From NCBI GenBank assembly GCA_026395685.1, contig JAPLYG010000008.1:15225-79224 (forward strand): 64,000 nt of DNA, in the 5' to 3' direction. Below the pieces are notes generated by a model, which made no database searches, had not been told where the DNA came from, and saw only the letters and a list, made by a program, of their open reading frames with translations. Origin of the DNA: Candidatus Parcubacteria bacterium. GTDB lineage: Bacteria; Patescibacteriota; Patescibacteriia; CAIXNZ01. The translations under genes and the position numbers were made by a program. Position 1 is the stretch's first letter. Each line of letters opens with the position of its first letter. Positions 20,492 to 29,876 of the stretch are shown one piece after another.

Positions 20492-21649
20492 CTATCTTCC
20501 AACAAATCCTATTTTCCCAGTCTTAACCTTGGCCAAGTCAACAATGTCACTTATCATCTTTTCCGTAATATCACGTCCTCCCAAACCAACGACAAAGGAA
20601 CTTATCTGTGCTTTCAATTGCCCATAGCAGGCGCGCTTAATTTCAGTCGCTAAAATACCCTCAGTACCGATGGAAATGGCTTTATCTACTACGGCAACAT
20701 ATTTAACTTTGCTCAAAGCCTTAACAATCTCAACATCAGGAAACGGTCGGAAAGAAATTATTTTTAATAAACCAACTTTTTTTCCCTTGGTTCGTAATTG
20801 ATCAATCACCTCTTTAATTGTCCCGCAAACAGAACCCATGGCCACTAAAATGATATCAGCGTCTTTGGTTTTGTATTCTTCAATCAAGCCATTACCGATG
20901 CCACGGCCAAAAACTTTTTTAAATTCTGAATTTTGCCTGACAATTTCTTTTTTGGCAGCCGCAACATCTTCAAATAGCTCCTGACGGATTTCCAGATAAC
21001 GTTCTGGCGTAGCAAAAGTTCCCAGAGAACGTGAATTAGCAGTATCAAGGGTTGAATCTTTAGGAGCAAGGTAATCGGGCAGGAATTTCTTAATCAAACT
21101 TACTTCAGGGATTTCCACTGATTCAAAGGTATGAGTCAGCACAAAGCCATCCATATTGACCATAACCGGCAACATTAAACTCTCGGCCAGTTTATACGCT
21201 AAGATATGCAAGTCAACTGCCTCCTGATTTGTTTCTGCGTAAAGTTGCAGCCAGCCTGCATCACGGATGGTAACTGAATCCTGCTGATCATTCCAGATAT
21301 TTATCGGCGAAGAAATTGCGCGATTGGCACAGGTAACCACCACCGGCAAACGCATGCCGGCAATATTAAATAAAACTTCAGTCATTAAAAGAAGTCCTTG
21401 TGAAGAAGTTGCCGTATAAGTCCTGACACCGGTAGCGCTCGCGCCCAAAACCATGGAAGCAGCGCTAAATTCCGATTCCGCATTGATAAATTCAAAATCA
21501 GCCTCGCCATTATCTTTCATCTTGGCCAAGTCCTCCACAATATGCGTCTGAGGTGTGATCGGATAAGCCGCCACAACCGCCGGCCGCAAATTTTTCATAA
21601 TTTCCGCGACCGCATGGGATCCTTCGACGATTTGTTTTTTAGTATTCAT
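20492..21649 (-). CDS. porA: pyruvate:ferredoxin oxidoreductase alpha subunit
   Basis: 385 aa, typical PorA layout, operon context with porG/porD/porB. Confidence 0.85.
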   Translation of the reverse strand: MNTKKQIVEGSHAVAEIMKNLRPAVVAAYPITPQTHIVEDLAKMKDNGEADFEFINAESEFSAASMVLGASATGVRTYTATSSQGLLLMTEVLFNIAGMRLPVVVTCANRAISSPINIWNDQQDSVTIRDAGWLQLYAETNQEAVDLHILAYKLAESLMLPVMVNMDGFVLTHTFESVEIPEVSLIKKFLPDYLAPKDSTLDTANSRSLGTFATPERYLEIRQELFEDVAAAKKEIVRQNSEFKKVFGRGIGNGLIEEYKTKDADIILVAMGSVCGTIKEVIDQLRTKGKKVGLLKIISFRPFPDVEIVKALSKVKYVAVVDKAISIGTEGILATEIKRACYGQLKAQISSFVVGLGGRDITEKMISDIVDLAKVKTGKIGFVGR

Positions 21650-21779
21650 AATATTTTAAGTATGAAGTCCGAAGTACGAAGCTCGAAATTTAACTTCAGC
21701 CTTCATTAAAGCTTGACTTTTTTAAAAAATAGTAGTATATTTAAATGTTCCAAAAACTTAAGAGAAAGGAGCTTCCAAA

Positions 21780-21998
21780 ATGCCAAATGAACATGGTCAG
21801 GTTACCGTAGGCGACTTCAAAGCCCCTCCGGGTCAGTATCGAATCACTCGCGAAGACATGGAAGATGGCGCCCTGTACATCATCGCTGACATTTTCAACT
21901 ATGAGTGCGCGATTATAATTACCAACTGGCTGCGAGAGGAAGACGAAAACTCTGTCTTTTTGCTCTGGGATGATAAGGGCCAGGAAATTATCTGCTAA
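21780..21998 (+). CDS. small hypothetical protein (72 aa), SD-led, GC-elevated
   Basis: AAAGGAG ~11 nt upstream of ATG; sits between porA and porD on opposite strand. Confidence 0.4.
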   Translation: MPNEHGQVTVGDFKAPPGQYRITREDMEDGALYIIADIFNYECAIIITNWLREEDENSVFLLWDDKGQEIIC

Positions 21999-22069
21999 AA
22001 GAACCGTCATCAATTGACTTGCTCAGCGAAACAAAAGTAGCTGGGCTTTTTTATTTCTCGGGCGAAAAC

Positions 22070-22156
22070 GCCCGTTTTATTGCACCGATACGTAGAGACG
22101 CATTGCTATGCGTCTCTACCGTCCATCATCAAGGGCGTTTTCGCCCTTCAACCAGC
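22070..22156. repeat. 87-bp element bounded by GGGCGAAAACGCCC/GGGCGTTTTCGCCC inverted repeat with internal GTAGAGACGCA..TGCGTCTCTAC hairpin
   Basis: Same terminal IR as 13154-13250. Confidence 0.6.
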
Positions 22157-22200
22157 AACCTCATACAACATAATAAAACTTCTTATAACCTTATAAAACC

Positions 22201-22488
22201 TTATTTATAATCATTAATCATACTTATCGCGCTCACCGGGCATTCCTTAGCGCATAAACCACAACCTTTGCAATAATCCAAATCATTATCGTAAAAAATT
22301 CTGCCTTTGGAATTTTTCTCGCTGGTTGCAAAACAAACACCTTCAGGACAAACTTTATTGCAGGTGTCACAGCCAATACAGACCTCGTGATCAACCACAG
22401 GCTTAAAGGTTCGCCAGGTGCCAGTGTTATACTCTGTCGTTGTGCCGGGCTTGGCGTTTAATATGTTTTTCAATATTTTATTGGACAT
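22201..22488 (-). CDS. porD: pyruvate:ferredoxin oxidoreductase delta subunit (2x[4Fe-4S] ferredoxin)
   Basis: CIGCDTCNKVCPEG and CKGCGLCAKECP cluster motifs. Confidence 0.85.
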   Translation of the reverse strand: MSNKILKNILNAKPGTTTEYNTGTWRTFKPVVDHEVCIGCDTCNKVCPEGVCFATSEKNSKGRIFYDNDLDYCKGCGLCAKECPVSAISMINDYK

Positions 22489-22614
22489 AGCTTTTTAATC
22501 ATCAAACATCAATAACCAATCATCAAACAAATTCAAATCAACGAAATTCTAAATTGTTTGGTTATTATTGATTAAGCATTAGATATTGTTTGATTATTGA
22601 TGATTGATTATTGG

Positions 22615-23163
22615 TTATTTTACGTAGTCATATGCCGCTACCAGCGCCTTAATATTCTTCTCAATTATCTCCTTATCATACTTCTCCCCCAAGTGTTCGC
22701 TAATCGCATTTTTCGCCGCTTCTAGCTCAATCAATCCTGAAATTCTGGCAAAAGCTCCCAAAATTGCAGTATTGATAATCGGCTTGCCAATTATCTCTAA
22801 AGCTATTTTTAATACCGGTACGCAATAAATTTTTCCGCCGTAGCCTGGACAAACCTGATCAGGCAATTTATCTGAGTTAATAATGACAATAGTACTTTTT
22901 TTGGCGCCGTTTAAAACATTGGCAATCGCAACTAAGCTGGGATCAAGCACTATGATATAATCAGGCTCATAAACCTGCTCCCGGCTGCGGATAAACTTGT
23001 CATTAATCTTTACAAAGGCAGTAACCGGTGAACCTTTTCTTTCCACGCCGAAAACCGGAAAAGCCTGCACCTGCTTACCATTATAAAATGCTGCCATGGC
23101 AATCAGCTCAGCCAAAGTCACATTGCCCTGCCCGCCTCTACCATGAATACGAATTTCTATCAT
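22615..23163 (-). CDS. porG: pyruvate:ferredoxin oxidoreductase gamma subunit
   Basis: IRIHGRGGQGNVTLAELIAMAAF N-terminal motif of POR gamma. Confidence 0.85.
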   Translation of the reverse strand: MIEIRIHGRGGQGNVTLAELIAMAAFYNGKQVQAFPVFGVERKGSPVTAFVKINDKFIRSREQVYEPDYIIVLDPSLVAIANVLNGAKKSTIVIINSDKLPDQVCPGYGGKIYCVPVLKIALEIIGKPIINTAILGAFARISGLIELEAAKNAISEHLGEKYDKEIIEKNIKALVAAYDYVK

Positions 23164-23251
23164 ATATAAAGATTAATTTCGCAGGCCGAAGCTCGCTAGA
23201 GCGAAGGCCTGACCTCCTCTACCATGAATACGAATTTCCACCATATATAAA
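23135..23251. repeat. 36-bp direct repeat (copies 23135-23170 and 23216-23251) covering the porG start, flanking a GC hairpin (23183-23212)
   Basis: CCTCTACCATGAATACGAATTTC(T/C)A(T/C)CATATATAAA duplicated 81 bp apart; CAGGCC-GAAGCTCGCTAGAGCGAA-GGCCTG hairpin between. Confidence 0.6.
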
Positions 23252-23268
23252 CGATATATAAAAAATTA

Positions 23269-23973
23269 TTATAAACCTCTAAGCTCTTTATATTTATTAA
23301 TCATTTCCACAAAAGTCTCATAAGGTATTACGCCGCTTGGCAGTTTGCTGCCATTGATAAAGTATGTAGGAGTGCCTTCGACCCCCAAATTAATGCCTTC
23401 GCGCAAATCATCCTGCACTTCTACCAGATATTTTTGGCTGTCTAAACAAGTGGTGAATTTTTCCATATCCAATCCCAGAGTTACCGCTAAATCGTTGTAA
23501 AGAGTGTCCGCTAAATCAGACTGATATTCAAAAAGCAAATCATGGTATTGCCAAAAACGCCCCTGCTCATTAGCGCAATTCGCGGCTAATGCCGCCTTGA
23601 GTGCCGAGGGATGACTTATCAGGTTAGGAAAGTCACGAAAAATAATTTTAACTTCGGTGCCGTAATTTTCAATAATTTTACTCAATATCGGTACTGATTC
23701 ACGGCAGTAAGGACATTCAAAATCTCCAAATTCTACGATAGTAATCACGGGATTTTCAGCGCCGATAAAGGGGTCATCTTTCGTTTCTATGCTAATTGAC
23801 TTAGTGGTGTCCTCCTGGTAATTTCCCTTCTGTATTTCTTCATAATAATAAAAATAATTATAGATAAAAATTCCGCCAAAAATTAATGCGCCTGAAAAAA
23901 TCAGCAATAAAAAAATACCCCACCAGCGATTATACCATTTTCTTGATGCTTCTGTTTGATTTTCATTTACCAT
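23269..23973 (-). CDS. DsbA-family thiol:disulfide oxidoreductase, membrane-anchored
   Basis: N-terminal TM, thioredoxin-fold CPYC active site (FGDFECPYCRE). Confidence 0.8.
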   Translation of the reverse strand: MVNENQTEASRKWYNRWWGIFLLLIFSGALIFGGIFIYNYFYYYEEIQKGNYQEDTTKSISIETKDDPFIGAENPVITIVEFGDFECPYCRESVPILSKIIENYGTEVKIIFRDFPNLISHPSALKAALAANCANEQGRFWQYHDLLFEYQSDLADTLYNDLAVTLGLDMEKFTTCLDSQKYLVEVQDDLREGINLGVEGTPTYFINGSKLPSGVIPYETFVEMINKYKELRGL

Positions 23974-24124
23974 TGATTTTATCTTAAATTGGCATTATAC
24001 TTTTATTATAGCACATTTGTATTGACTTAATTAATTATTTCTGATATGCTAATATCAGTTTATTAATCTTCTTTAACGTTTTATTGAGTAAAACACGCTA
24101 AAATTGAACTAATTTTACACCTTT

Positions 24125-24334
24125 ATGATTTTAAACATAATTCAAATTATTATCTCTATATTACTAATCCTGGCGATTTTATTACAAAATCGCGGCGCAG
24201 GATTAGGCTCAGCTTTTGGCGGTGAAGGCAATATCTACAGAACTAAGCGCGGCGCCGAAAAATTTCTTTATTTTGCCACTATTATCCTGGTGATAGCATT
24301 CATGGTGACGGCCTTCATAAACATTATCTTTTAA
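24125..24334 (+). CDS. secG: preprotein translocase subunit SecG
   Basis: 69 aa, two TM segments, LLQNRGAGLGSAFGG motif typical of SecG. Confidence 0.7.
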   Translation: MILNIIQIIISILLILAILLQNRGAGLGSAFGGEGNIYRTKRGAEKFLYFATIILVIAFMVTAFINIIF

Positions 24335-24357
24335 TCTCTTACATATAAAAAACCCTT

Positions 24358-26184
24358 GTGTACTCTGTGATTAAATTCTTTTTGAATTTGAGCCAGTCTG
24401 CTAAAAATTATATACTTTTTTATTTGGCAAAATACAGAAATGAGAAAAAAATAAGTCAGCAGAAAGATCTTGATAAAAAAGTTCTTGCCGCTCTAAACGG
24501 CAAGAAGCTGCCAAATTTAAAACAATTGAAGAGACTGCCTCAAACATTAAATAAGCATGAAAAATTTATTTTAAAAGGCTTGATTCTAATCGCCCTTGTT
24601 ACTGGCGTGTTCCTTTTTTATAACGGATATTATAAAAATCTGATCAGCCTGCCTGCTACTGGCGGAGAGTTTTCTGAAGGCTTGATTGGTTCCCCTCTAT
24701 ATATAAATCCTATTTTCGCTTTTAATGATGCGGATAAAGACTTAAGCAGCCTGATTTATTCCGGCTTAATCGGCTATAATGAAAAATTAGAGCCTATCCC
24801 TGATTTGGCTGAGAGATATGAAGTTTCGGAAGATCAAAAAACTTATACTTTTTTCCTTAAACGAAATATTAAATGGCATGACAATAAAAACTTTACGGCA
24901 AATGATGTGCTGTTTACTATTTCTGCAATCCAGAATCCTAACTATAAAAGCCCTTATTCCCGCAGTTTTACCGGCGTCGGCGTGGAGCAAGTAGATGATT
25001 ATACTGTTAAATTCACACTCGAACAGCCTTATGCGGGATTTCTAAATATTTTATCAATCGGCATTCTGCCAAAAAATATCTGGGAGAATACTCCGGCAGC
25101 CAATGCCAAAAACGTAATTTATAATCAAAAGCCGATAGGAACCGGACCTTATAAATTTAAAAGCTTGGTGAAAGACAAAAGCGGACAGGTTAAATCTTAC
25201 GTTTTGGAAAAAAACAAAAATTATTACGCTAAAATTCCCTATATCAACAAAATAATTTTTAAATTTTATCCTGATTATGACAGCGCTACTTCAGCCTTGG
25301 CCAATAAAGAAGTACAGAATCTTAGTTTTTTACCCAAAGAAAACTTAGCCAAAATCAACAAGCGAGACATAAATATTCACAGCATTAATTTGTCGCAGTA
25401 TACTGCCTTATTTTTCAATACCAAAAACAGTGAGCTTCTAAAGGATAAAATAATCCGCGAAGCTTTAGCTTTGGCAATTGATAAAAATAAATTGCTGGAA
25501 GATGTCTTAAGTAACCAGGGAAAAAAGATTGACGGGCCAATTCTTGCTAATTTCCCGGGCTATTCTGAAGATATAAAAAAATACGAATATAATCCGCAAA
25601 AAGCATTAGAGATATTGACTGCTGACGGCTGGACAATTGATAATGAAAAATTAAAGAAAAAGGATGTTGAACTTAAAATTACCCTTACCACCGTTGAACA
25701 AAATGACAATATCAAAACAGCCAATTTAATTAAAGAATTCTGGGACAGTATCGGTATCAACGTAGATTTGCAAATTATTGCCAAAGACAAAATCCAAAGT
25801 GAAATAATAATGCCTAGAAATTACGAAGTCTTGCTTTACGGGGAAATAATTGGTTATGACCCTGACCTTTTCCCCTTTTGGCATTCATCACAACGTAATG
25901 ATCCTGGTTTAAATATGTCTTATTATTCCAATCGCAAGGTTGACCAATTATTGGAAGAAGCCCGACAAACAAATGATTTAAGCCAAAGAGCCGCCAAATA
26001 TCAGGAATTTCAGAACTTACTGATTGATGATTTACCGGCAGTCTTTCTCTACAGCCAAAATTATCTTTATCCGGCCACAAAAAAAATAAAGGGCATTAAT
26101 GTCCAAAGGATTGCATCACCGTCTGACCGTTTTATTAATATTGAAAACTGGTATATCAAGACCAAAAAACAATTCTTCAAATAA
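24358..26184 (+). CDS. ABC transporter substrate-binding protein, family 5 (peptide/nickel-type), membrane-anchored
   Basis: 608 aa, N-terminal TM, SBP_bac_5-like layout (GTGPYKF, DPDLFPFW...). Confidence 0.75.
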   Translation: MYSVIKFFLNLSQSAKNYILFYLAKYRNEKKISQQKDLDKKVLAALNGKKLPNLKQLKRLPQTLNKHEKFILKGLILIALVTGVFLFYNGYYKNLISLPATGGEFSEGLIGSPLYINPIFAFNDADKDLSSLIYSGLIGYNEKLEPIPDLAERYEVSEDQKTYTFFLKRNIKWHDNKNFTANDVLFTISAIQNPNYKSPYSRSFTGVGVEQVDDYTVKFTLEQPYAGFLNILSIGILPKNIWENTPAANAKNVIYNQKPIGTGPYKFKSLVKDKSGQVKSYVLEKNKNYYAKIPYINKIIFKFYPDYDSATSALANKEVQNLSFLPKENLAKINKRDINIHSINLSQYTALFFNTKNSELLKDKIIREALALAIDKNKLLEDVLSNQGKKIDGPILANFPGYSEDIKKYEYNPQKALEILTADGWTIDNEKLKKKDVELKITLTTVEQNDNIKTANLIKEFWDSIGINVDLQIIAKDKIQSEIIMPRNYEVLLYGEIIGYDPDLFPFWHSSQRNDPGLNMSYYSNRKVDQLLEEARQTNDLSQRAAKYQEFQNLLIDDLPAVFLYSQNYLYPATKKIKGINVQRIASPSDRFINIENWYIKTKKQFFK

Positions 26185-26282
26185 ATAATCGTACTCAAAT
26201 AATAAAATTTAACTCCTTAAAAACTAACTAAGGCTACAAACATACCGCAAAACGGCATTTATTTGTTAGCATTATTAAACTT

Positions 26283-28001
26283 ATGGTATTTAAAAAACCA
26301 CACATTCCCCATCGCGAGGGAAATTATTCAAAAGAACCCAAATTACGCATCATGGTTTTGGGCGGGCTGGAAGAAGTCGGCCGCAACATGACTGTTTTAG
26401 AATTTGGCAATGACATTATTATTGTTGACATGGGCCTGATGTTTCCCGAAGAAGACATGCCGGGCATTGATTATATTATTCCCAATATCTCCTACTTTAA
26501 AGGTAAGGAAAAAAATATTCGCGGCGTAATTATTACTCATAGCCACATGGATCATATCGGCGGCATTCCTCACATAATGCCCAAAATCGGCAATCCCATT
26601 ATTTATACCGCCAAATTATCAGCCGGTATTATTCAAAAAAGGCAGGAGGAATATAAGTCAGCTCCAAAACTCAAATTTTACATCATTGATGAAAACACCC
26701 ATTTGAAACTGGGAAATTTCAATGTAGAATTTTTCCGAGTTAATCATAATGTGCCTGACAGCTTTGGCGTTGTGATCAAAACTCCGATCGGAACTATTGT
26801 GCATACCGGAGATTTTAAAATTGATCATTCCCCTATTAATGACAAGCCTGCTGACCTGGGCCGCATTGCTCAAATCGGCTCCCAGGGAGTCTTGGCTTTA
26901 ATGGCTGATTCCACTGATGCCGAACATGAAGGCTATCAGATTTCTGAAGCCAGAGTCGGCGAAGAATTGGAAGGTATTTTTGAAAAAGCGACCAACCGCA
27001 TTATTATCGGCACGTTTGCTTCACTCTTAAATCGCGTTCAGCAAGTTATTACTATCGCTGAAAAATTCGGACGCAAAGTTATGATTGAAGGCCGCAGCAT
27101 GACAACCAATGTAGAAATTGCCCATCAGCTCGGCTATATGAAAATCAAGCCAGGCACTTTATTGGAAGCAGAACATTATAATGAAAAAAAATATCCTGAT
27201 GATAAAATTGTGATTATCGGCTCCGGCGCTCAAGGTGAACAAAATGCCTTTTTAGTACGCTTTGCAGAAGATGAACATCGTTTTTTGCATATTAAAGAGG
27301 GCGATACTGTTATTTTTAGTTCCTCGGTTATTCCCGGCAATGAACGCACGATTCAAAATTTAAAGGATACTTTTTATCGCAAAGGCGCCAGAGTTATCCA
27401 TTACAAACTTATGGATGTTCATGCCGGCGGACACGCCAAAAAAGAAGATTTAAAACTATTGATCCGTTTAATCAAGCCTAAATATTATTTTCCGATCGAA
27501 GCCAACCATTATATGCTGCGCTTAAATGGCGAAATTGCGGAAAGTTTGGGAATACCCAAGGATCATATTTTTATTGCTGAAAATGGACAAGTAGTAGAAT
27601 TTACCCACAATGCCGGACACTTAACCCCGGAAAAAGTCCCGACCGATTATGTAATGGTGGACGGACTGGGAGTCGGCGATGTATCAGATATTGTTTTGCG
27701 TGATCGTCGGGTCATGGCTGCTGACGGCATGATTGTAATTATTGCCACCATTGATCGTAAAACCGGAAATATAATCGGCAATCCTGATATTATTTCCCGC
27801 GGTTTTGTTTATATGAAAGAAAATAAAGAATTGATTGAAACGACCAGAATGAAAGCCAAAAAAATATGCGGAGACACCGATCCTAAATCACCGGCTTTCG
27901 ATGATTATATTAAAAATAAAATCCGCGATGATATTGGCCAGTATCTCTATATTAAAACCAAACGACGACCCATGATTTTACCCGTAGTAATTAAAGTCTA
28001 A
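26283..28001 (+). CDS. rnj: ribonuclease J (metallo-beta-lactamase/beta-CASP)
   Basis: ITHSHMDHIGGIP, beta-CASP motifs, 572 aa. Confidence 0.9.
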   Translation: MVFKKPHIPHREGNYSKEPKLRIMVLGGLEEVGRNMTVLEFGNDIIIVDMGLMFPEEDMPGIDYIIPNISYFKGKEKNIRGVIITHSHMDHIGGIPHIMPKIGNPIIYTAKLSAGIIQKRQEEYKSAPKLKFYIIDENTHLKLGNFNVEFFRVNHNVPDSFGVVIKTPIGTIVHTGDFKIDHSPINDKPADLGRIAQIGSQGVLALMADSTDAEHEGYQISEARVGEELEGIFEKATNRIIIGTFASLLNRVQQVITIAEKFGRKVMIEGRSMTTNVEIAHQLGYMKIKPGTLLEAEHYNEKKYPDDKIVIIGSGAQGEQNAFLVRFAEDEHRFLHIKEGDTVIFSSSVIPGNERTIQNLKDTFYRKGARVIHYKLMDVHAGGHAKKEDLKLLIRLIKPKYYFPIEANHYMLRLNGEIAESLGIPKDHIFIAENGQVVEFTHNAGHLTPEKVPTDYVMVDGLGVGDVSDIVLRDRRVMAADGMIVIIATIDRKTGNIIGNPDIISRGFVYMKENKELIETTRMKAKKICGDTDPKSPAFDDYIKNKIRDDIGQYLYIKTKRRPMILPVVIKV

Positions 28002-28149
28002 GACATAAATATTCCTAAAAAATTCCCCCTAATATGGGGAATTTTTTAATTATTAGTAGATTAGTATGGTATTAGTAAATTAGTAGCCTAACTAAACCGA
28101 AGCAATGCCCTAAAACCCTTTATTCTTAGCCAAAACCAGCCACTCAGCA

Positions 28150-28178
28150 TTGACAAAATCAAGTATTTATGCTAATAT
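28150..28178 (+). promoter_or_regulatory. promoter P1 TTGACA-N17-(TG)CTAATAT for GC-rich block gene A
   Basis: Perfect -35, 17-nt spacer, extended -10; same architecture at 30652 and 33386. Confidence 0.55.
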
Positions 28179-28359
28179 TCCCTATTAAAGTAATTATTTA
28201 AGCTATTGAAATAAGGTAATAATTGTTATCTTATTTTAGTAGCTTATTGCTGCTGAATTTGCGAAGGGAGAAACAATACCCTTTTCACATAGATAAAGTG
28301 TTTTTCAGACAAAGAACTTTGACAACTTTACGCATAACAACCAAAAAGGAAGGTGAAAG

Positions 28360-29838
28360 ATGGATAGGAAAAACCTGACGGAAGTGATTCCGGGAGTATT
28401 GTATGACACCACCGTAGGGGATGATTCTCCGCTGCTTTTCAAGACCCAACCCGACGTCCTGTACGACGATGAGGGCCTGGAAATCAGCATCATCGTTGGC
28501 GACTTTGAACTCAAGTGTAAAAGCGAAGAGTTCAACAATAAAACACAGCTCAATTTCCACGAACCACAGGAGCTGCAAGCCAACCTGACGACGATCCTTA
28601 CATCGATCGTTTTCAGTAACAACGCCGAAGACAGCGACCCAACGTGGAAGTACGTGAGTAAAGGAATGGTCGGGGAAATCAAAGGAACTGCCGCGTCCAC
28701 GGCCAAAGAAACCGAGGATGCCGCGCCCATTCCCATGCCCCCCCTGATTGCGGAGGAAAAACCCGAGGCCATTCCCGCTCCACCCGCCGACGAGGAAAAA
28801 AAACCTGAGCCGGCAAAAGACCCGGAACCGCCAAAGCCCTGGGACGAGGAAGAAGAATTTGAGGACTTTCCCGATTTCCCCGTTGACGAGGGGAAAAAAC
28901 CCGAGCCTGAAAAAGCTCCGGAATTCCCAAGGCCCGGGGAAGAAGAAGATCCTTTCCGTTTTGATGTACGAGAACCCGAGCCTGAAAGAGCGCCAATACC
29001 GCCGCGACCCAGGGAAGACTGGGATCGCCCCGCGGATGAAACAGACGATGACATTTTAAGCCATCGCCGCCCACTTCCCCGACGGGAAGAACCGCCTGAA
29101 GAGGAGGCACCGATGAAACGAGGGATTCTCACTTACATTTTGGCGGCAATCGGGATCATCCTGATTTCCGCAATGCTGATTCTTCTGGGTCTCTTTCTCG
29201 GAACCTGGTGGGGTCAAGCCGACATTGACCGCCTGAAGGCCGACAACGGGAAACTCCAGCAGGAGATGAAGGGACTGAAAGCCCTGAATCCGCAAATCAA
29301 AAAGCTGCAGGAGGACATAGTCATTCTTCAGCAGGATAACCGGCTCTACAAGCTGAAAGCGGACCGCTACAGCCAGATTCTCACGAAACTGCTGTGGCCT
29401 ATTCCCGATGACTCGGAGCTGCAAAACTTCGATGTCAACAATAATTTCTGCGCTAACTGGTGCCAGTGGTTGAAGGAGAGCCTTCCCCTGGTTCGCCAGG
29501 ACGCGAAGGCCAACTGTCCGGCATGTTCCAAGCCGGTTGTGCAATCTAGCCGCAACACGAACGTAAAAAAGGCAGTTGCGGCTTGCCCGACTTGCCCGCC
29601 GGCCACTTGCACGAATTGTGTGGAAAGGGATAAAATCTATCCGACGACTCCGCAACAAGTACAGACCCCACCGGAACAAGTGCAGTCCCCGCCGCCACCG
29701 CAGCCTCAACCGGCTACGGAAAACGGTCCGAGGACAAAAGTTTACCCCGGAACTCCGGCGCCCGGTCCTGTCCAACAGGCAAACGCTCCGGCTCCGGAAT
29801 CCAACACCACCGTCAGAACACAAACTATCGACCCCTGA
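28360..29838 (+). CDS. GC-rich bitopic membrane protein: cytoplasmic N-domain with Pro/Glu-rich PEP repeats, TM, coiled coil, Cys-rich region, Pro-rich tail ending TQTIDP
   Basis: 492 aa; TM GILTYILAAIGIILISAMLILLGLF; codon GC3 much higher than neighbours; antisense ORFs are artefacts of high GC. Confidence 0.7.
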   Translation: MDRKNLTEVIPGVLYDTTVGDDSPLLFKTQPDVLYDDEGLEISIIVGDFELKCKSEEFNNKTQLNFHEPQELQANLTTILTSIVFSNNAEDSDPTWKYVSKGMVGEIKGTAASTAKETEDAAPIPMPPLIAEEKPEAIPAPPADEEKKPEPAKDPEPPKPWDEEEEFEDFPDFPVDEGKKPEPEKAPEFPRPGEEEDPFRFDVREPEPERAPIPPRPREDWDRPADETDDDILSHRRPLPRREEPPEEEAPMKRGILTYILAAIGIILISAMLILLGLFLGTWWGQADIDRLKADNGKLQQEMKGLKALNPQIKKLQEDIVILQQDNRLYKLKADRYSQILTKLLWPIPDDSELQNFDVNNNFCANWCQWLKESLPLVRQDAKANCPACSKPVVQSSRNTNVKKAVAACPTCPPATCTNCVERDKIYPTTPQQVQTPPEQVQSPPPPQPQPATENGPRTKVYPGTPAPGPVQQANAPAPESNTTVRTQTIDP

Positions 29839-29876
29839 TCCCTTTAAGGGACAACTTCTTTCACAAGGAGAAAGAA

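Noticed and set aside
21741-22013. 90-aa minus-strand ORF overlapping 21780..21998
   Set aside because: Plus-strand ORF has an SD and more protein-like composition; kept plus with low confidence
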